From the NCBI GenBank assembly GCA_028534125.1, contig CM052839.1:45198001-45262000 (forward strand): a DNA stretch of 64,000 nt, written 5' to 3'. Made by a program: the position numbers and the translations under genes. This document shows positions 59,291 to 64,000 of this stretch, piece after piece (the stretch's first letter is position 1; each line of letters starts with the position of its first letter). The notes below the pieces were generated by a model, which was given only the letters and a program-made list of their open reading frames with translations, did not search any database and was not told where the DNA came from. This DNA comes from Lama glama (Eukaryota).

Positions 59291-60835
59291 GCCCGTGGGA
59301 TCTGGGCTGGGGCCGAGCCGGCCTCTGCCTTCACGCCTGCCTCCATCTCCTCTGTGTAAACTGGGGCAGCCCTACCCACCTGGAGGTGTCTGGCAAAAAG
59401 CACCGTAACACGTGTGCAGGCGACTCAGAACACACGAGCTTGCTGGACCGCGGTGTGCTGGGATGGCAGCTGCGGCCCCAGGCAGCGCCCTCGTCCGGGC
59501 ACCTGGGGCCTCGCTCCCTGGCCTCCAGCTGCCTCTCGGGAGGAACCAGCAGCAGCAGGACGGGCAGCCTGTGGCCTCCCCGCCCCCGGCAAAGGAAGCG
59601 GCGGAGGAAACGAGGGCGGAGGACGCCGGGCTGGAGCCAGCTCCCAGGCGGCCTGGCCCGACCGTTGCGGTAGGCAGTGTCCACGCTGAGCCCTGCCTTC
59701 CTCTACCAGGGTGGGCGGGGGGCAGGGGCCGGGGTGCCCCAGGGTCAGGGAAGTTCTTCTGCTCAGGACGACTCTGGGGTTAGAGCGGCAGTCGCAGCCA
59801 CGCGGGAGCAGCACCCAGAGCTGGGTAGGTGGGGGCTTCGGGGAGGACGCGGGCTCTCCCAGTCCAGCCTGGGGGCCGGGGGTGGGAGGATGGGGGCCAG
59901 TCCTCGCAGGGCCCCGGCCCCTGCTCTGGGTCTACCGGAGGAAGTGGCATGACAGGAGTGGGCAGGGCCAGTGCAGTGGAAGTTCTGGGCCACCTGAGGG
60001 TCACCTGTCACAGGTGAGGTGAGGTAGCAGGATGCTGGCCAGGAGGGTGGGGCGGGGCCCCTCAGGTCACCTCTCAGGGTGGGATGTGGCTGGGCCTGGC
60101 CTTGCTCAACCCTGGTGAGGGTGTGCTGGTGTTGTCTTGTCCTGCCAAGGAAGGGCTGGGTGCACGGCACCAGGCAGCCCTCGCCAGCTGGCCTCGGGGT
60201 GTCCAGGGACACAGCCTGCCTGTTGACGTGAGCCAGGTCAGCAGCAGGGGGGCCTGAGTCCCAGCCCCCAACTCTGCTGTCACCCCTGCGCTGAGGCCAG
60301 CCTGGGCGGTGGGTGGGAGGTGGTGCTAAGGACGCTGGCTGGTGTCATGAGGAGCCCTCACTGGGATGGGGGTGGTCTACTCTCTGGTCCCGCTGTCTTC
60401 AAATGCTTAATGACGTTGGACAGGGGCCTCCTGGTCCCACTTCGCCCTGAGCCCCGCACGTTCTGCAGCTGGTCCTACTCGGGGCTGCCTGTCCAGCCTC
60501 CGGCCCCGCTGGGAGGCGTCACTTGTAGAGGGATGCTGTGACTGTGTGACGGGCTGGCTCCCGGGTAGGTGGTCCTCTCCACCTGCTGTGGGGCCCACCC
60601 AGGTGTCCTCACGCCCCTCGGAAGGAGGAACCCCCGGTTTCCGGGACGCACCACCGCCCACCCCTAGGACGTATGTGGGAACACCTGACTGGTCCCACTG
60701 GGCCTCAGGCCTGAGGTCGCTCCCTGAGGACCGCGTGCCACCCTGTGGCCTGGCCCGGCGGCTCCTCGGCACCACCGTGGACGGGCACGGCCTCCTGCCG
60801 GCGCTGGGCACTCTGCCGCGGCCTCTCCCTCCGTC

Positions 60836-61500
60836 CCTGACAGCTTTGTTGAGTTGAAATTCACGTACTGTACAACTCGCCCGTCCACCTGGTGATGTTC
60901 GCTGTATATACGGAAGCGTGCAGCCACCCCCACCGGCAGCTCTGGAGGACTTTGGCCAGCCCCCCAGCCCCACCGGCAGCTCCTCAGCTACTTCCTGTCT
61001 CCAGCCGCGTCTGTGTGGACGTTGCCCCCGAGTCACTGGACGGGCTGTGGGCAGTGGGCCCGGGTCTCAGGGCAGCTTTCGTGGAGGCCGCGGGCTGGGC
61101 TGCCCCACAAGCCCCCGCCCAGCTCTGGGTGTCGCGGCCGTGTCCCTGCGACTGTTCTGGGAGCTCCGCGGGCAGCCGGACTCGCCCTCCCGGGGCTTGT
61201 TGGCTCTTTGGAGTCATCTTCTGGGGTGGCCCCGTGAGCCAGGCCTGCCCAGCTGTGGGTGCTACTTACACATCCGGGGACCGAGCCTCGGTCGGGGGCG
61301 CGCGTCGGGCCGGGTGTGCCCGTCTCAGCCGGCTCGCCGGACCGGGGCCCGGGGCGCGGGGCTCGCGGGTGCCGCGGGCGCGCGTCTTTCCCGGTCCGTG
61401 CTCGGTGGTGTCGGGCTGGTGGCGGAGACGGGCTTCTGTGACAGGATTTGCACCACAGGAGCCGGCAGAGGCTACGCGTAGAAACCGCTCCTTCCTTCTC
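60836..61500 (-). mobile_element. Ancient L1M fragment, strongly GC-shifted; distal part is CpG-island-like
   Basis: acagctttgttgagttgaaattcacgtactgtacaactcgcccgt...ctacttcctgtctc; right boundary approximate. Confidence 0.7.
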
Positions 61501-62679
61501 TTTGGTCCGGAGAGGTGATGTTAACGTTTACCAGCGCACGTGGGTGAAGGCCGTCCTGTTAATCCCAGGAAGCTGCCTGGAGCCCTGCTGGTGTGAGGCA
61601 GGCACCCCCGGACGCACGTTCTGGCCCCTGGGGATGAGTGACTCAAAGGAGTGGTCCCGCTGCCTCTGGGGGCCACTCAGCCCTGGGGGCGGCTTCTGGG
61701 TGGGGCCTGCTCAGGGCGGCGGGGGCAGGGTCGGGGCTCCTTCTGCCCGGCCCCCCGCAGTCCTGTGCACACCTGAAGCTGCCCCTGCGGCCCAGCTCCC
61801 CCGGCCCGCCTCACCGCCATCTCTGCCCCCAGCGGGGTCCAGGCAGAGCGCTGGAGGCCAGGACGGCGGGAGGCCCTGGGCTCGGGCTGCCGGCCTGTCC
61901 CCTAGCAGCTGGTGCTGGAGCGCGGCCAGCGCGCCGGACTCTGTTCTGTTCTTCCTCCTTCGACGGGCGGCCCCGCCAGTCCTGTCTGAGCTGACTGCGG
62001 CGCGGTGCCTTCCTGCGGGGCTCCCTGGGTCTGGCTGGCCACCTGTAGGTTTCCTCCTGGGTGAGTCCGAGCCTGGCCGCCTCCAGCCTCTGCCCAGCTG
62101 CTCCCCTGCCGCACCCCCACCCCCCTATGCTTGGGAGAGGGACTCATTCAGGATCCTCGGGACAGCCCCGTGCTCCGCAGGTGTCAGGGCAGGGTCCCCA
62201 GGTGAACAAGATGGGCAGGCCCTGGCCTCCTGAGGGGCCACCCCTCAGGCCCTTGGGGAGGTTGGGAGCCGAAGGATGTGCACATGGTGGAGGGACCAGC
62301 AAATGGAGGGTGGGGGCCACATGGGAGGATGTTTGTGCTGGGGGACATCTCGGTGGGAACAGCCCCAGGAACAGAGAGGCGGGGCCCTGGTGCCCGTGTG
62401 CCCAGTTCTCACCCAGACCCCGCTGAGCTGCCCCTGCTGTGGGCTTCTTGGTCATTTGGGGGGGCGGGTCGAGGGCATCCTGGGTGCCCACCTTGCCCGA
62501 GGACTGGCCTTGGGGTGGGTCCCAGGGCGTCTGGGAAAGAGTGGAGCGGCCTCTGGTGGTGGTGGTGATCAGCTGGGCCAGCTGTGTCACAGGCTGGCAG
62601 AAGGGATGTCACTCACGGTGCTGAGGTTCCAGTGTGTTCGTATCCATTGCTGGTCCCAGAAGTGTCCGCCCCCCGAACT

Positions 62680-62930
62680 GTGAGCACGTGCTTCAGGAAG
62701 CACGTGTGAGGACACGTCTCCTGGTGTAAGAGGTGTGTGCCTGTGAGTGGGTGCGACGTGTGTGTGATTGCTGGGAGCCTGTGGGTGCGTGTGTCAGTGT
62801 GTGAGTGTGAGCTTGGGCGTGGGGGTCCGAGCACAGGTGAGGACGGAGGAGGCAGTGTGCGCCCACGCAGAAACGTGACAGCATCTGTGTGCACGTGTGC
62901 GAGGACGTGGGGACGTGTGTATGTGTTCCC
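62680..62930. repeat. Degenerate (TG)n-rich low-complexity tract
   Basis: Interrupted gtgt runs with several cacgtg motifs. Confidence 0.6.
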
Positions 62931-64000
62931 TCCCCCGTTCCCCGGCCCCGTGGGCCCCCATCTAGGACTCTGGGTGACGTCATGGCTCCTGACCCCTGTG
63001 GGCGGCTGGTCGGCTGACACCAGCCACGTTGACTGTCCAGCCACCCTCTGAGGCTCTGTGGTCCGGGGTCTGGGAAAGAACCCTCCCGTGTTGGCAGCTG
63101 CCATGACCCTCGTGACCCAGGGGACCTGAGGGGTGGTGCCTCCCAGAGGCTTGTTCGCGTGTGAATTGGGCTTCGACACTGAAGTGCAGCCGTCGGACCC
63201 CTCGGGGAGGCGGGCGTGCTGGGGCCTAGGGGCCAGTGCGTCTGAGCAGTCAGGTCTCTGGTTTCTGTGTCCATCTGAGCTCAGGGATCTGGGGGAGGAG
63301 GACACGGGTGGGCCTGGGTCCTGCCTGGGAGGCGCCACATGTGTGCCGTAACCTGCGTCCCTCCCCCCACCGGGCAGAGGGTGGCTGCATCCCTGCTGGC
63401 GGGTTCTGCTCCTCACATGTGGGTCCTGGGCCCTCGGGCAGACCTCCACCAAGAAGTGCCCAGGCCCCCCAGCGCTGGCTCTGCCTCCTGGCTGGCAGGT
63501 GGGATCGTGGTCGCCCCGGAGCTGTGCTTGCCTCCTGCCCTGGAAGCCCCAGAATCCTGCTCCTCGCTCCAGCTGGAGGCCAGGGGGTATGAGGGGCAAA
63601 TGCTGGGCCGCTTGGGCTGCGCCGGACCTTGGCCCTGGTGGCCTGGGCGCTTGGACCTCCGCCTTTCACGCTGGCCACTGGCCTCGGCCTTGTAACCCAG
63701 AGAGCACCCGCCCGGGTTGCACAACTCCTTCCTGCCCGAGATCCTGTTGCATCACTGGGCGGGCTTTAGGGGTGGGGGCGCTGGTGCCGGGATGTCCTCA
63801 GATGCCCGGTCAAGGCCCCGCCCAGACCTGCTGGTGACCCCAAGTGTGATGAGCCTCATAGGCTGCAGACCCCTGAGGAGGTCAGGCAGGGCCTGGCCAT
63901 GGCGTGGGGTGGGGGGTCAGTGGCCTGGGTGGGGCTGGACGTGGGGAAGGGGCAAGAGGAATCCGGGAGCAGCTGGGGTCTCCCTCTGGGGAGGGGTGGG

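Overview
Very GC-rich genomic DNA from a non-primate placental mammal, orthologous to the human 17q25.3 BAIAP2-AATK-PVALEF-CEP131 block. Gene identities come from recognising the translated exons and from GT/AG splice sites whose phases join correctly; no database search was run. Left of a 500-N scaffold gap (35277-35776): the 3' half of BAIAP2 (IRSp53, + strand, with three alternative C-terminal exons) converges tail-to-tail on AATK/LMTK1 exons 2-14 (- strand). AATK intron 7 holds the mirror microRNA pair miR-338 (-) / miR-3065 (+). Right of the gap: the last 10 exons of CEP131 (+, first one cut by the gap), a disabled PVALEF (-), and AATK exon 1 with its CpG island on the + strand, opposite to the rest of AATK. 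The right-hand contig is therefore almost certainly inverted in the assembly. Points most worth follow-up: PVALEF looks like a unitary pseudogene (nonsense codon, frameshift, lost stop); the overlapping BAIAP2/AATK 3' ends carry seed sites for AATK's own intronic miRNAs; a single extra base puts an upstream AATK ATG out of frame; ancient L1 fossils have been rewritten AT-to-GC, one into a CpG-island-like patch. I see no evidence for a wholly new gene system. Most entries in the ORF track are chance GC-rich frames.
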